From Octopus sinensis (lineage: Eukaryota), in assembly GCF_006345805.1 (NCBI RefSeq), contig NC_043006.1, positions 94,426,001 through 94,490,000 of the forward strand: 64,000 nt of DNA, in the 5' to 3' direction. Positions 37,661 to 51,000 of this stretch are shown piece after piece. The notes below the pieces were generated by a model that saw nothing but the letters and a program-made list of their open reading frames with translations, was not told the DNA's origin and searched no databases. Positions within the stretch are counted from its first letter, which is position 1, and each line of letters starts with the position of its first letter. Made by a program: the position numbers and the translations under genes.

Positions 37661-38488
37661 CACTTGCCGTCGTCTAAGAATTCCCACGCATATTTATACA
37701 TCTATATTAAGGCGGCAAGCTGGAAGAAATATTCCCACGTGGAGCCAAATGCTTAGCTGTATTTCTCCCGTCTTTACGTTCTGAGTTCAAATGCCATCTA
37801 GATCGACATCACTTTTTCCTTCTTTCGGGATTGATAAAATAACTACCATTTTTGTACCCGGGTCGAAGAAATCGTCGAGCTCTCTTCTCCTAAATTTCAG
37901 GCTTTGCACCAATAATAGAAACTATATTTATACATACATATTCACGCACAACAATAGGCATATATACAAATATAAACGCGGTTATGTAAAACCACATACT
38001 CTCATAAATGTACCTGTGATCTCATATATCTTCATATACACGCATACATATATCCACCCGCATCTATGGTTACATTTGCACACATACATTTTTACACACA
38101 CGCGCGCGCAGGCACACACACACACACACACACACATACATATACATATACATAAGCTCGTATATATACACACTCATATATTCATCTCAGTCTCTTATTA
38201 TCACTCTACACCGGACTATGCTCTGAAGTATACGTATATTCAGTTCTACAGCAGATCGTTAGTCTCACAATAAGCAATCATATAACAAACTGCCTGGCCA
38301 CGTGTCTTCTTAGCATGAAACTATCACTTGCTCTTATCTTAATACAATGTACATTAAATGACATTTATCTCTCATTGGTTGGAGTATCGTTTTTGTTGAT
38401 ATTACCTTAACGAACAGTAACCTATTTATATGCGAATATATGTATATGTGTATGTGTGTATGTGAGTGTGTATGTATGTACATATATA

Positions 38489-38531
<43 letters not shown>

Positions 38532-38725
38532 CACACACACACACTCACACACGTATGTATATACATACACACGTACGCACACACACATATTTATCATAAC
38601 ATCTGATGAGTTCGTACGCCTACGAAATTTTAAATTATTGTGGATCTGAGTCAAATGGCTTTTAAATACATGTAATCCCAACTAAATAAATGAAATACTA
38701 CACATTTTCGTCAGATTACTCATAC

Positions 38726-38758
<33 letters not shown>

Positions 38759-38767
38759 TATATATAT

Positions 38768-38811
<44 letters not shown>

Positions 38812-39194
38812 GTATGTATATATGTATATATATATATATATATATGCATCAATGTATGTATACATTCACATGCACACGTACCATTTACGATCACATATCC
38901 ACACATCTATTCAACGTAATTTCCATTGCCATGTAGAATCTCTCCATTTGGCGATGTTTTCTTAAGACATAACGCCATGTTTATTTTTATGACTTTTTGG
39001 TAAAAACTACTTTTATAATTTGATTAATTCAGTTTTACACAAACAATTAAATGGTAATTGCTAGAATGTTTATTTCCCTTTTAAATTTTCTTCACCTTAC
39101 ATTTATATGTTTCTCTTAATTTCGGTTAGGTTGTTTCAGTGACTAATTACTCATTTCGCTTCCATTACGTTTTCCTTGTAATGTCAACACCCCG

Positions 39195-39289
<95 letters not shown>

Positions 39290-39590
39290 CCTACCTACCT
39301 ATTTATATATCTATCTTTTTACCCCTATTTCCTTCTTTTTACCCCTATTTCTTTTCTTCCTTCCTTGCTTCCATCCTTCCTCCCTTCCTTCATTTCTTGT
39401 CTTGTCTTGTTTCTCACACATGATGTAAAAATCTCACCACTGGATATTGTGTTTGTTTCTGTCTTTCCACTATTCAGTGTTCTCCCTCTTGCGGCAATGA
39501 AAGATACCACTATCCATGTATTGCCACTCTTTATCACAGATCACCATTGAACACAAACAGACGCACGCACACACACACACCACACACACA

Positions 39591-39636
<46 letters not shown>

Positions 39637-40231
39637 ACGCACACACACAACTGCATCAATCAAATTATTCAGTATTATAGCTCCATTTCAGCAGACCTTA
39701 ACAATCGGTTTCACACTGTGTATTAGACAACAGCGCGGTTAAATAACGCCACATGCTCTTCAGAGATAGCAGATATGGAAACAATATGGCCCTACTTTTT
39801 GCAGAGGGAAGGGTCATCAGCTAGAGAGAAGTATGTGCATCTGGTGGATTTAGAGAAGGTCTTCATCCAGTGCATAAGAAATAAAATGTGACACTTAAGT
39901 TTCAGGAAATTTTATTTGCTCACCGTCTCGAAAACAAATACTGGATTCCATTCATTTTAGATCTAAGAATTCCACGGCGCTGCTTAAATCCAAATTCAAA
40001 ATTTTCAGCAAATGTAAGCTTATGGACAAATTTCCTTTGGCGAATTAGTGGATACCATCGTCTCCGGGGCGAACAGCTGTCTCACAGTCTTTGGAACTAA
40101 CATTCAGATTTTCAAATAGACCCGACCATGTGTTCTGAGTTTCAAGATTGCTTCGTGACACAACGGGTGTTGTAGAAATCTGCCAAGACACATTTAGTAA
40201 CGGGTGCACATTAAATGACATGTATGTATGT

Positions 40232-40696
40232 CATTGTTCTGTTTTACTTCAAGATTTCCTACCGGTAGAAAAAGACACGGTTTCTAACCTAGATCCAAGG
40301 TTCTTTCATTGGAATTTCAACGATATAAACAGGGTGTTTTTGTACGTATGTATATATACGTGCAAATTCGTATGCTTTGTTTTATGTATGTCTTCTCATG
40401 CACATAGTTGCATATCTTGACATGCTCATATATATTTAAACGATAAACTTCTGGATAGTTTTAGAGATGTTCACAGATCAAGTAATGGATTGGATCTATA
40501 GACTTAGAATTAGTTTTCTCCTTTCTGAGGTTGAGAAGCCTAACTTCTCAAAATTGGTATTTAGACAGTGTGTTACATATCTCACGGCCCCAATAATTAC
40601 AGGTATAGACCTGAATTTGTAATCTGGATAGAGTAACTGTAGATTTCTCAATAGCTCAGCGTAGGTATCTTCTTTTTTCACTGATCTTCGGCTTTA
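40232..40696 (-). mobile_element. REL-type (R4-like) non-LTR retrotransposon 3' fragment within (TACA)n
   Basis: KEDTYAELLRNLQLLYPDYKFRSIPVIIGA resembles a REL C-terminus; CATA repeats at both junctions. Confidence 0.6.
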
Positions 40697-40718
40697 AGCA
40701 TGTATGTATAAATGTATG

Positions 40719-40752
<34 letters not shown>

Positions 40753-41142
40753 TGTATGTATGTATGTATGTGTGTGTGCATGTATGTATGTATGTATGTA
40801 CGTACGTGTGTAGGTACGTATGTATGCACGTACGTATATGTTTGTATGTATGCACGCACTTACGTACGTATGTATGTATGTGTATATATGTCTCACGGTC
40901 AGCCTTCACCTTTTTTTATCCAAAAGGCATTTTAACCTAATATTTACACTCTATTATTTTTAGATTTATCTACTTCAAGTTTGACACGCCAATAAATAGA
41001 AAGTATTAGTTTTGAGGTTTCCCATGAGGCCTTTCGATGGATGAAGAACGAACGGGAAGAGGAAAGACGCTGGAAACCGATAAATAGATAAAGAGTAAGC
41101 TGCATGCGAAAATGTTGTGTGTGTGTGTGTGTGTGTGTATAA

Positions 41143-41209
<67 letters not shown>

Positions 41210-41215
<6 letters not shown>

Positions 41216-41405
41216 CTATTTATAAAACTGAAATGCGAAAAGTTTGTTTGTTTGTTTGTTTGTCTGGAACAGTTTAAAGGCCACTACATCCCGTCGGATT
41301 GACTCCAAAGTTTACAGGGACATGTAAAATGAGGTGAGGATGTTAGTGGGCTACGTTAGAAATCTCCATCTTAAAAGGTGTCGGTGCTAGGGCCAAAAAC
41401 GCACT
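41210..41405 (+). mobile_element. Helitron-like non-autonomous element, 5' part
   Basis: tctctatttataaaactga followed by (tttg)n and cgtcggattgactccaaa, similar in style to the other two Helitrons; no 3' end seen. Confidence 0.45.
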
Positions 41406-41998
41406 TTGACAAGTCGACTCGCATTCGTTTATGTATCTGTCATCCTCCCTCACTCACTATCTTTCCTCCTTTCCCATCACTTTCTATATATAACGTCGAT
41501 AACGGCGTCTAACAGCGTTTTCACACTCTCCCTCTCTCTACGTCTGTCTGCATTCATACAGAGAATTATCATCGCCACAACCACGACACAATCATGAGAA
41601 CAAATATTATGAATCAGATATTTATTCGGTTCATTTATATGTGTGTGTGTGTGTGTGTTCTATATATAAATATGTATATATAATGTATATATACAAAGTG
41701 TATTATCTGTATTTATGTATATTAAACTTTCTAATACTTTTTGATAGTTATATATATTTTTTTTAAATTATAAATATAAATTAATAATTTAAATTTTAAA
41801 TTTAAATAATTAAAATTTTTTAATTTTATATTTTATAAATTTTGTACATTATATTTTTATTTTTATGTTTTGGGTTATGTTTTTCACTGTTTAATTTGCC
41901 TAATAGCGGTTTTATCTCCAATTTAATTTATATATATATAATTTGTATACATTTGTATATATAATGCGTACACACACATACATATATAGATATAATGC

Positions 41999-42035
<37 letters not shown>

Positions 42036-42879
42036 GTGTGCATTATGCACACCTATGTGCTGGCAAGTTTGCATGACAACTACTTTTTTCTTCAAATGAA
42101 AGGCGTGACCTCTAGGACAAAATTCTTCATCTTATAAAATGTGGCCTGAGTAGACCCGAATGAAATCGTGTTATAATAACCAAAATGTGAAAAGGGGTCT
42201 AAATGGGACTGGAAAGTGATTAAAATTTACAGGAGCGGGTGGTTAGGAATTCTCTGTTACATCAAGCTAAAAAATTTGCGCTAGCCTTTAAATCGTTAAT
42301 GTGTTGTCGTCCATGATGAAGAAGTTTTGAATGCTTGCCATGGTGAGTCTACTGTCGTGAGAAAGAATCACTTCAAAACTTGGTGTTTAGGAATTTTCTT
42401 TTACAACAAGTTCAAAATTTTACGCCAGCCGTTAAACTGCCATTACGTTGCTGTCCGTCGTTAAGAAATGCCAGCCATGGTGACTCTACTATCCTCAGAT
42501 TCTATCCCTTCAAACTTTGGTTTCCATTTTTTTTTTTTTTTTTCAGCTCGCAAGTTCGTCTGTCCCTTTTAAATGTTAGTGTTTTGCTGTCTGCCTTGAA
42601 GCAGACCTTTCCGTTGTTACTGCCTGATATTTATGATTGATCTTTCAAAATATTTTACTTTCTCAACTTACTCAAGATCTTTCGTTGTTTATAAATGGGA
42701 GAGAGATAGAGAAAGATAGAGAGTAAGAGAAAGCGATGGAGAGTCCGCGAGAAAGGAAGAGTAAGAGGGTGGGAAAGTGAGAGAGACAGGAAAGAGAAAC
42801 AAAGAGGGAGAATGTGTGATAAAAAACAGAAAGTAAGAACCACACTCTTACCCGCGCGTAGAGCGGGTCACCTTAAGCT

Positions 42880-42968
<89 letters not shown>

Positions 42969-43980
42969 GCATATGTATATATATATCAGTTATGCACGCA
43001 TACACATGCACGCGTGCACACACATGTGCTGTCAAGAATCGCTTGATATCATTAAACTAGTTAAGTGATTATACCTACTAGCCAAGAAGAGGGGCGCTCG
43101 AACCGCCGCGGTCCTTCAAATAGATATCTATCCGTACAAACTAATTTTCCTTACAAACCCCGGATCAAATCGCCGTTGCGGCGCAAAAAACTTGACCAGG
43201 GTATATCACACGATAAGATCAAAACGGAAACCGAAATCGAATGGTTGTCAACCGCATTCCTTAATCACCCAAATATGACCACGCTATAAATGTATTTACA
43301 TAGCAACATACACACATTTAGACATACATAGCAACATACACACATTTAGACATACATAGCAACATACACACACTTACACATACATATATATATTGAAGCT
43401 TACACAGAAAGAATCAGCGATCATTGATAATTCTTGGAATTATGTATAACATGGATACAAAGTTAGGATTTATTTCGGAAACCAAAAATCTGCTGCCGTA
43501 AGGCATTCTCTACATAACAAAGCATTTAACTTTACACGTTGAAATCCTAGAGAGGTTTTGCAGTCATTTGCATTTCTACTAATGGCCTGGGTTTCTTAAA
43601 TCCAAATTAAACGCCTTTGTTTATCCTGTGAGAATCTTAAATAAGCGAGGCTAGTTAAGGAGGTATTGAATTGTTAAAGCGCCACCTGTAGGTGTAAAGG
43701 TGATCTCTTTAGTTTAAGTGTGTGAGGAATGAGCAATAATGAATGAGTGTATGGATAACATAGCTCTATGTGAATGTGTGTGTGTGTGTGTGTGTGTGAA
43801 TGTAGGTATATGTGCAAACGAGTTTAAGCATGTGCATGTATCTGTTGATAGCATGAAAGAGCATATGTGTATGTGCGCGCATGTATGTGTGTGTGTAGTT
43901 TTGTGTGTGTGTGTGTGTGTGTGTGTTGTGTGTGTGTGTATGTGTGTGTGCGTGTGTGTGTGTGTATGTGTGTGTGTGTG

Positions 43981-44051
<71 letters not shown>

Positions 44052-44432
44052 TGTGTGTATGTAGGTATCGAACTGGCAGAGTTGTAAGAACGGCGGGAAA
44101 TGCCTTACGGTATTCGTAGCGGCTCTCTTCGGCCAGCATTCAAATTCCGCTGAGATTGCTTTGCGGATCTCTTCGGTGTCAATAAATCAAGTAACTTGGA
44201 ATTATCGAGGTCGACCCTGCTTACATTCTCTCTCACTATCGCCGTTTTTTTCTCTCTATCCCTCTCTTTCGCTCAAGAAGACATCCTCTATGATCTCACT
44301 TCGACAGGGATGGGCACGGCAAGGTTTAATTGCGCAAGACACATCGTATGTCACATCGGCGCTCCTAAGACACCAACAGGTTTGACGGTCCAGGGCGAAC
44401 ATGTGTACATCTGTATACACACACACACACAC

Positions 44433-44487
<55 letters not shown>

Positions 44488-45350
44488 TATATATACAAAC
44501 ACTCATGCACACACACAAGCGTACACCCACACACACACTTTTTTGCTTTCATAAACATTTATAAAAACAATATATATATATAAGCATATATATGTATATA
44601 TTCACGTATGTCTGCATATATATGCATATTTCTTTGAATATATATATATATATATATGGGTGTGGGGTGTGTGTGTGAGTACGTATATTATACATCTGTA
44701 TCACGCTTGTGTTTACATTGGCACTGTTCAAACGGGACTCCGTGTTGTCCTTTTAGCAAGCAGTTGTGTTAGAAAAATATCGATAAAATTCTGTATTCTA
44801 CAAAAAATCATTCATTCAATATGATACATTAAAAGTTCTTCAATGTGGTGTACTAACATTGCTGCAATCCATTGACTTAAACCAATAAAAAATAATGAAA
44901 GCACGATATGAATTCATAGGTATATCAAGCACAATCTCTATTGTATATATTTGTATGTATAATTATAATTTGTAGTGTAAAATATTTTGAAATATTGATC
45001 ACACAGAACTATTTTGATGCACAAAGAGACATACCAACAAAAGGTTTTTCAGATATTGCTGGTCGTAATAAACGTTGGTTGTGTAAAGAATATTCTAATA
45101 TTGACCAAATATGTAAATAAATTTAGAGCAACAAAATATATTGGTTTTAAATTTTGGCACAAGGCCTGCAAGTTCTAGAGAAGGAAGTCGATTACACCGA
45201 CGCCAATGCTTAACTGGTTTTTATTCTATCGGCTCTGAAAGGGTGAAAGGCAAAATCGATCTCGGAGGAATTTGAACTTAGAATGCAAAAACGGTTGAAA
45301 TGCTGCTAAGCGTTTTGTCCTTCATGCTAACGATTCTGTCAATATATTAA

Positions 45351-45765
45351 CCCATTAACTGCCAAGTATTTTCTTCATATTTTTCATTTACTTTGCCAGG
45401 TGTTTTAAAGTTGGAATAATATACAGTATTTAAATTTTCTTCATATGTGATTTATTTTGGACATTATGATAATTTTTTCGATAAGTCCCAAATGGGGATT
45501 GCTGAAGAAAAGCATATTTATACTTTTTTTAAAAATTCAATTGCACTAATAAACATTTTAGTTTGTTTGATAGTATAATATCAAATGCGAGTAGTTCAAA
45601 AATTGCGATTTATGACATAAAATGTCGTCTAGAATTAGCCAGAGCAAATAATGACAAACTTTAACTACTAAATATTGTTAAACACACCTCTGCAAATACA
45701 ACGAACAACCGGCAGTGAAATTGTTTTTAGCAGATTCCCAAATTGGGTTCATGGCAAGCAATGGG
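45351..45765. mobile_element. piggyBac-type MITE
   Basis: TTAA|cccattaactgcca ... tggcaagcaatggg|TTAA: TTAA duplication and CCC/GGG termini. Confidence 0.7.
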
Positions 45766-47794
45766 TTAAAAGATGTACCATGTAGGTGCAGGAATGGTGG
45801 TGTGGTAACAAGATCACTTTGCAACCACGCAGTTTTGGGTTCAGTCCCATTCCACGTCACCTTAAGGAAATGAGTAAATGTTTTCTACTATAGCTCCTTG
45901 TGAGTGAATTGGCTACATGTCGGGAACTGTGTGGAAGCCCAGTATATACAAACATATACACATTCTGATTGAATCCTCTTCGTATCAACATGTACCTACT
46001 TGCGACAATGTAGCTTTTAATATGTTCAAGCTCGTTTGGATTTTAGCACTTCTGAAGTTCCATTCGCTATGAAATATATGTAGCACAGATTTCCCATATT
46101 CCATTCCCTAACCTTTGTATATATATAATATAAAATAGACATGTGTGTGTGTGTGTGCGTGTGTGTGTGTGTGTGCGTGTGTCGGGTGTGTGTGTGTGTG
46201 CGTGTGTGTGTGTATTCGCTTTCCATGCGGAAACAGCTGCGCGAATTGCTTGGGGTGCATGAGTAATTCGACTTCGGATACATAACGAGGTCTTCAGTTT
46301 AATTTATTATTAAAAATAAATAATATAACTTTAATATATATGATTCACTTCTTTGAAAAGGTTTTTCAACGTCAACTTCTGGTATTGACGTAGCAGCGGC
46401 GAAATTTTTCGTTTACTTTTACGAAGTCTCTCACTTATTTAAATGTTTCCATATCAAGTTTTAATTCACTATTTCCAAAAAACTACCATAAATTACTGAA
46501 AGAAATAAAAACTCTGGGAGGAGTCTTTTCGGTAAAAAAAAAAAAAAGAAAAAGCATTCTAAATATTTTCAGAGGAAAAGGTTTACGATTCAAAACAGAT
46601 CTAGCTGTTGTTTCTAGCACATCCCAAACTACCCACGTTTTCACTCTCTCATCGTCGCATGCATTGATGTTTTTTTCAATATTTTCCTCCCATTAAACAC
46701 ATTTCGTTGAATGATGATGCCGAAGTAACACACACGTGGGCCATTGATGGGATATAAGCAAAAAAACAAAAAAAACTTGTAATTTAAAGGTTTGCCCCAC
46801 CTCAATCGAGCAAAGCTGTGTGTGTGTGCGTTTGTGTAAGAAAACAATTTTCTAACAGAAAAGTATGCTATTAAAATGAATTATCGTTTACATACCTCTT
46901 TTTTAAAAACTATTGTGGACAAATGCCAGCAATGACCTTCCCAGGCTCTCCAATGTTTTAAATTATAAACAGAATCAATTGAGGGCAGAGGGTGGGGTTT
47001 TTACATGTTTTTATAGCATAGAAATGTATTTATGGGGCGAAACATATTGAAACACTTCAATACATTCAACAGTAAGAAAGCAACGACGAGGATTGTCTTA
47101 GGATGTGCTAGAGACGACAGCCAATTCTCCCTTAAATCACTTACTTTTTCCTCTGAAAATATTAACAATTTTTAAAATGATTTTTTACCGAAAAGGCTCC
47201 TGCCATGGCTTTGAAAAAAAATTGGCCAAAACCGGTCCGGAGAGGGATGATGAGGGGAGCGGCGTTCTACAAAAGTATTTCCAAAAATATTTTTTTCTAT
47301 AAAAATATGCCCCTCCCCATCATTTCGAAGGGTGTAGTTAAAAAGAAATGGGGAAAATCCCCGTCAAAATGGAATGGCAGCAACTTATTTGGTTTTCCTG
47401 ATTCGAAATTCCGTTTTTAAGAATCTCCTCTCCCCACCACCTCAGAATTAATTTTTTCCCACAAATTTCATTATAATCATAATCTATGCCGTTTCAAGGG
47501 TATTTGTGTAAAATTTCATTAAAAGATATCCATTTGCCTGAAAATTATGAGGGAAAAATTCGGATCGTGTGAATTTTCCGAAACTACTGTACCCAAACCT
47601 TCGAAAAATTCTTTCTCATAAATCGTTATAAACTTTGCATCCACAGCATCTAAGCGGTATTTGTTGAACATTTCGCTGAGAATTATACATTTTTCTGGAA
47701 GTCATGAGGCAACAAATTCGGGTGGGGTACATATACCTAGTTATGCGGCTATATCTATCTGTCTATCTATATATCTGCCTGCCTGTCTGTCCAT

Positions 47795-47971
47795 ATTTTA
47801 TTTATTTTTTTTTGTTCTTTTCTTCCCTTTTACGATCCCTCTTGATCGAAAACCTACGCCACTCCTTTTTTTTGTTTCTTTTGTTTTTTGTTTTTTTCAT
47901 CCCCCAAAAGAAAAGCTCTACCTTGTAACTTGTCCCATCTGTGTGCAGCCCTGTGTGGCCAATAAAGAAAC
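47795..47971 (+). mobile_element. 3' end of a second Tx1/L1-like copy
   Basis: Similar to 53800-53914 (gatcgaaaacctac..aagaaaagctctac..gtgtgcagcc.tgtgtggc.aataa.gaaac) and followed by (TATC)n. Confidence 0.8.
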
Positions 47972-47986
47972 TTATCTATCTATCTA

Positions 47987-48023
<37 letters not shown>

Positions 48024-48053
48024 CTGTCTATCTATCTATCTATCTATCTATCT

Positions 48054-51000
48054 CGGCATGAACGGATGCTAGTCAAATGGGCTCCACGTAAGTTGACCAC
48101 TTTTACATGTTTAAAACTCCTTGTCAAATATTTTGTTCTTAATCGTTGTGCAAGATCATCCACTAAAAAGCCTGAGAATTATTCACGTAGAATTCCGCCC
48201 CTGTATGAGCGAAATTACCAAAAGTTTCAAAACTTTCGTGGGTTCTTTTTAGCCATTTTTCATTTTGAAAATGACAACTGGAAACCACGTGGCTAGCCCG
48301 CCAGTCATGCGGAACGGTAGCGAAACACTATTGCTGCCATTAGCTGCTAAACCTCGCAGCTTGAACACCGCTGTCACCACCACTACCACCACCACCACCA
48401 CCACCACCAACAACAAAACTAACGTCGCAAGACCATTCACCATCGCCGCCACCAAAGACATCAACTTAGATTTTCCCCCACCCCCTACACCACTTGTCGA
48501 TGAAAGAAGAACGGAGAAAAGGATTTCAAAAACGAATACAGACGCAAACATGAATGCCAGCACCACCACCATCACTACCAACAACAACAACAACGAAATC
48601 AGCACAAAGCCACCTACCGAAGACAACACCGCCAACAGCAACACAACTACCACGACTTCAACTGCTACATCTAACTCCTCTGCTGCTAACACCACCAAAA
48701 ATAAAACGAACTTCGCGGAAGCGATAAAACAAAAACGGACAATCGTAAAATAAACCTCACAAAAGCACTTTTCACCAAAGAAGGAGATAAATTGCATCTT
48801 CACATTCCACAACACATCCTGGAAAACACACACACACACACACACACAAATCAATAATATACAAAGTCACCAACAAGAACACAAGACGACCAGAAAGTGC
48901 ACCGCAGGAAAAAATTGAAAAATGCCTTCGTTCCTGCATGAGATTCAAAGGAGTATATTAGTTGGGGACATATATTTGGCACAGTCCAAGTACGTTTCCT
49001 CAATGAAGATCTAGCAAAACGATTTTCCACATTGGCGCTGCATTCAGACGACTTGGTAATGATACCAACTTATTTAGGTCAGAGGGGGACGAAAGTCCAA
49101 ATAAAAGTCGAAATACAATGGTTAGTCTCTGCCATCTGCTTTGAAATGGCAGAAACAAACATTCTTGAAATCGCTGTTCTAGAACAGAAAAACTGGGTGG
49201 GAAATTCAATCCAATTCCTCCTTTAATTAGATGAAACAACAAGAGAAAAGATACCCACCACTATAGAACTGCCAGAAGGTTACAAACTCTATGTAGTGGT
49301 AGAGGGCAGGCGACCACGTTGCTATTTGTGCGGAAGCGAAACATATTTGAAAAAGAAGTGTCCAACCACTGCACAAGAGCAACAACAACAACCACTACTA
49401 CAACCAAAACACTTCGAGAAAAAAGCACTACTACCCACACCACCATCAACACAGAAGGCGACAAGAGAAGCACACCAAGCTAATCCGTCAACAACCAAAA
49501 ATAATACAACACCTGAGAAAATACCAACAGCACCAAGAACTAAAGGAACAGAAAAACAAAAAAATATACAAAACTCATTCCCCATCCCATATACATCACA
49601 CACAAACACTCAACAACCAACAGCAACGAAAACAACAACACAACCACTTACACAGACATGCATTGAAGCCTACAACATACCCCTACCCCCTTCTGATTCC
49701 TCAGAAAATTCGTCGTACGACGAAACCAGCGAGGAATGACAATTAGTTAGAAAAGGAAGGAAAAAAAGAGCCGAAGCACAACCAAACCAAATCCAAACAC
49801 AAACAAAACGGGGAAATACATCTCCCGAAGAGATTTCGAAACCCACCACAAACAACAGCCAACCAACACCACAAAAATATATACAGCAAACATGCTCACA
49901 GCCATAGACAACAAAAACACAAATTTGATGGAATACATCAAATCAAAAACAAACATAACAGATGACATAAAAACAAACAATCACCCATACACAACACCAC
50001 CGGATCCCATCAAAATACTACATATCTCCAGAAGTCTGCACCACACACTAAAAGGCATTTTCCCCAGTGTGGTTGGTAAATGCCAAAAATACCTCACGAA
50101 GAAGGACAAACCAAAGGAGGAGAAAGCAAAAACTTTCGAGCAGTAAGTAACCCTCTGTTCCTTTCGCTTGTATTTTAATTTACTAGGATTATGATCAAGA
50201 TTAGTTGTGTAAATGCGCGTGGCTTGGGGTCCCCTTGGAAACAAGGGTACCTCTTAAATGACATAAAGTCAAACGAGTTAGAAATCATAGCCATAAGTGA
50301 GACCAGACTACACAATCCGCGGGCCCGAAAGACCATGTTTGGCGGATAGTTCAACATTTATTATTCCCCCTGTCTGCCAAGAATGGGCAATAGTGGCACC
50401 GCGGTACTTTTTCGCAAGAGTCTGGATCTCAAAGTAAAGACAATATTCGTAGACCCGGAGGGTAGACTGGTCGTCCTGGATGTCGAAGGCAGCAATGGGT
50501 GCGCTTTTCGACTCGTTTCAGTCTACAGGTCGGGCAGATTTCTTTCGACGTCTGGAAGTATTCCTGGGAACGTCTAGTCCTTTACTTTTAGTGGGGGATC
50601 GGAATGCTACCTTGGACACGAATCTAGACTATGTGGGGAGAGACAAAAACAGAAGGGGATGCAAATGCCTCAGAGGCCTGTTCAGACGATTCCAACTGTC
50701 TGACAGGTACCGACTCGACCACCCAAATGCACCAACGTGGACATGGAGCAACCGCAGTGGGTCGTCGCGATCGTATCCAGACAGGATCCTGTGTAGTACA
50801 GTAGACAGGGATAATTTAGGATGTCCACAATTCCACACAGTCAGCTACACGGATCACAAATTCGTAACGTGTACGCTAGACTTAGATAAGGCACATAGAC
50901 AGGGGCCCGGATACTGGAAACTAAACGCGTCTTTCCCATCGAGACAGGTTTTCAGAGACCGGATTAGCACACTAGTAAAGAGGGCTTTGGCGGGAGCCAC

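Noticed and set aside
43300-43385. Three 28-bp direct repeats, CRISPR-like at first glance
   Set aside because: No unique spacers; eukaryotic minisatellite.
44196-44564. ORF with a signal-peptide-like N-terminus (MELSRSTLLTF...)
   Set aside because: Starts at TTG inside a SINE; the hydrophobic stretch comes from a TC-rich tract; it runs into microsatellite; the minus-strand frames contain stops.
46850-47660. Possible non-autonomous DNA transposon
   Set aside because: Termini could not be defined.
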